Made by a program: the position numbers and the translations under genes
Notes under the pieces: generated by a model
The model's input: only the letters and a program-made list of their open reading frames with translations
What the model was told of the DNA's origin: nothing
Database searches by the model: none
Shown: positions 62,393 to 64,000 of the stretch, in pieces
Layout of the letters: each line of letters begins with the position of its first letter
How positions within the stretch are numbered: the first letter of the stretch is position 1
Assembly: GCA_030390025.1 (NCBI GenBank)
Contig: CM059432.1
Span: forward strand, 108,626,001-108,690,000
DNA length: 64,000 bases
Reading direction: 5' to 3'
Source: Squalus acanthias
Lineage: Eukaryota

Positions 62393-63594
62393 ATGGGAAC
62401 CATTTATTTCCTTTCATCTTGGTCCTCAGATTCAGAGGATGAGCAGCCGCGGCAGCAGCAGAACCAGGCACAACAGCAGGAGCGCCAGCCTCCTGCTCAG
62501 CCACCTGATGGTGCAAAGGGCAGAAGGCGTCAGCGCAGGGATGCATGTCGCCGCAGGAGATACCCCCAACACAGGGTTTACTGGCCGAGGATTACCTTGA
62601 CTGAGCAGCAATGCCAAAGAAGGCTGAGACTTCCGCGAGAGGTAGTCGGTGACATCTGTGCAATGCTGCACCAACACCTGGAGCCCAGAGGAGCGGGTGG
62701 ACACCCCTTACCAGTGGCTGTCAAAGTCACCACCGCCCTCAATTTTTTTGCTTCAGGGTCCTTCCAGGGCTCATCAGCAGACATCAGCGGCATCTCCCAG
62801 TCGGCCGCACACACCTGCATCATGCAGGTAACCGATGCCCTCTTTGCCAAGGCCCACAATTACATACACTTCTCCATGGATCAAGCAAGTGTAACCGCGC
62901 ATGTGGTTGGCTTTGCAAATATGGCAGGTTTGCCAATGGTGCAGGGTGTCATAGACTGCACACATGTGGCCCTTAGGGCACCCCATCACAACCCAGCTGT
63001 TTTTGTCAACTGCAAGGGCTTCCACTCCCTCAACGTGCAGCTGGTGTGTAACCACAGGAAGGACATTTTGCATGTCTGCGCAAAGTACCCTGGCAGTTGT
63101 CATGACTCGTTCATCCTGCGCCAGTCTAGTGTGCCTCCGCTCTTCAATCTGCCAAACCAACTTTCCGGGTGGCTACTTGGAGACAAAGGCTATCCCCTGA
63201 AGATGTGGCTGATGATGCCGTTGAGGAGGCCATCGAACGAAGCTGAGGAGCGCTACAATGCCAGCCACATTTCGACCAGATCCATTATCGAGCAAACCAT
63301 CGGCTTGCTGAAGATGCGATTCAGATGCCTTGATAGATCAGATGGAGCCCTACAGTATTCAGCAGCCAGGGTCTGGTCTGCTGTGCACTGCACAACATCG
63401 CACAGCATCGTGGCTTGCAGATGCCTGAGGAACAAGTGGCTCAGCGCATAGCCTCCTCAGATGAGGAGGAGGAGGAGGAGGAGGAGGAGGAGGAGGAGGG
63501 CGTTGCGGAGGCGGATGCGCCAGGTCCAGCAGCACGTGAGCACATTGCTGCCCGTGATGCAAGGAATGCACTAATCTTTGCCAGATTCGCTTAA
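62393..63594 (+). pseudogene. Harbinger DDE transposase (HARBI1-like), nearly intact, one late frameshift at ~63372
   Basis: 352-aa ORF with [36 protein letters not shown]; shifted frame gives VCCALHN..polyE..LIFARFA*. Confidence 0.92.
63464..63498 (+). repeat. (GAG)n microsatellite encoding the acidic transposase tail
   Basis: About 12 GAG units. Confidence 0.95.
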
Positions 63595-63868
63595 GCAGAC
63601 GAATCAAACAAATGTGGCTGGCACCTTCTTAACACACCATACACAATGTACAAGAACCTATGGGTTCCTATCACTCTCACACCATCATTACAAATGCAAG
63701 TTGCCCTGAGCCCTCAATGTTGAACTTCCATTTCCGAGATCACATAGGCCAGCACTTCAACTGTTTGCCATTACTTCTGTTTAATCCATTCACAAAAGGA
63801 TGACAATGTCAAATATTAAAGAAAACAAAAGACAACAGAACAGAACACCCAGGTGACTACCCTTGTGA

Positions 63869-64000
63869 CTAATTGTGCTTTATCTTCCTCTTACGCGTGC
63901 TTCTACGTGGTGCCTCCCCTGTGGCTTCAGCAGATGTGGAGGCCCCTTGCTCACTTTCATGCTACTCCTGCTTCGACACCTTTGGTGGGTGTCCTCTGGG
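63869..64000 (-). CDS. C-terminus of the family-A Myb/SANT-like protein (partial)
   Basis: RGHPPKVSKQE..STSAEATGEAPRRSTRKRKIKHN*, matching 2363-2495; includes a possible internal stop. Confidence 0.75.

Larger units (their letters stand above)
61883..64000 (+). mobile_element. PIF/Harbinger family A copy 2 (runs off the window end)
   Basis: TIR GGGCTCGATTTTACCAG; transposase ORF; Myb gene C-terminus on minus from 63869. Confidence 0.95.

Noticed and set aside
62393..63451. Domesticated host HARBI1 gene
   Set aside because: It lies inside a TIR-bearing element with a sister copy in the window and is frameshifted.

Overview
Eukaryotic, repeat-saturated intergenic or intronic DNA. The repeat content (CR1 LINEs with an esterase ORF1, Deu-domain SINEs, Harbinger elements) suggests a cartilaginous fish such as a shark; this is inferred. 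I found no recognisable host protein-coding exon; the only host-gene homology is a decayed histone H2A pseudogene at 48948-49256. The window holds: four PIF/Harbinger elements of two families (transposase plus convergent spliced Myb/SANT gene) and many related MITEs; a Mag-like Gypsy element whose ~120-bp LTRs each carry a CTCF-type motif; a 1.44-kb solo LTR; and many CR1, RTE and L2 LINEs and SINEs, including a five-level nested insertion. The most striking signal is a CR1-group LINE (11884-15102, second copy 57643-60700) that starts with a tRNA-like A/B-box head, has no room for ORF1, and by manual scan has no TTTT on its sense strand in either copy. That suggests a Pol III-transcribed, RT-encoding retroposon; short internally deleted SINE-like derivatives of it are also present. 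All coordinates were counted by hand and may be off by a few bases at diverged junctions.
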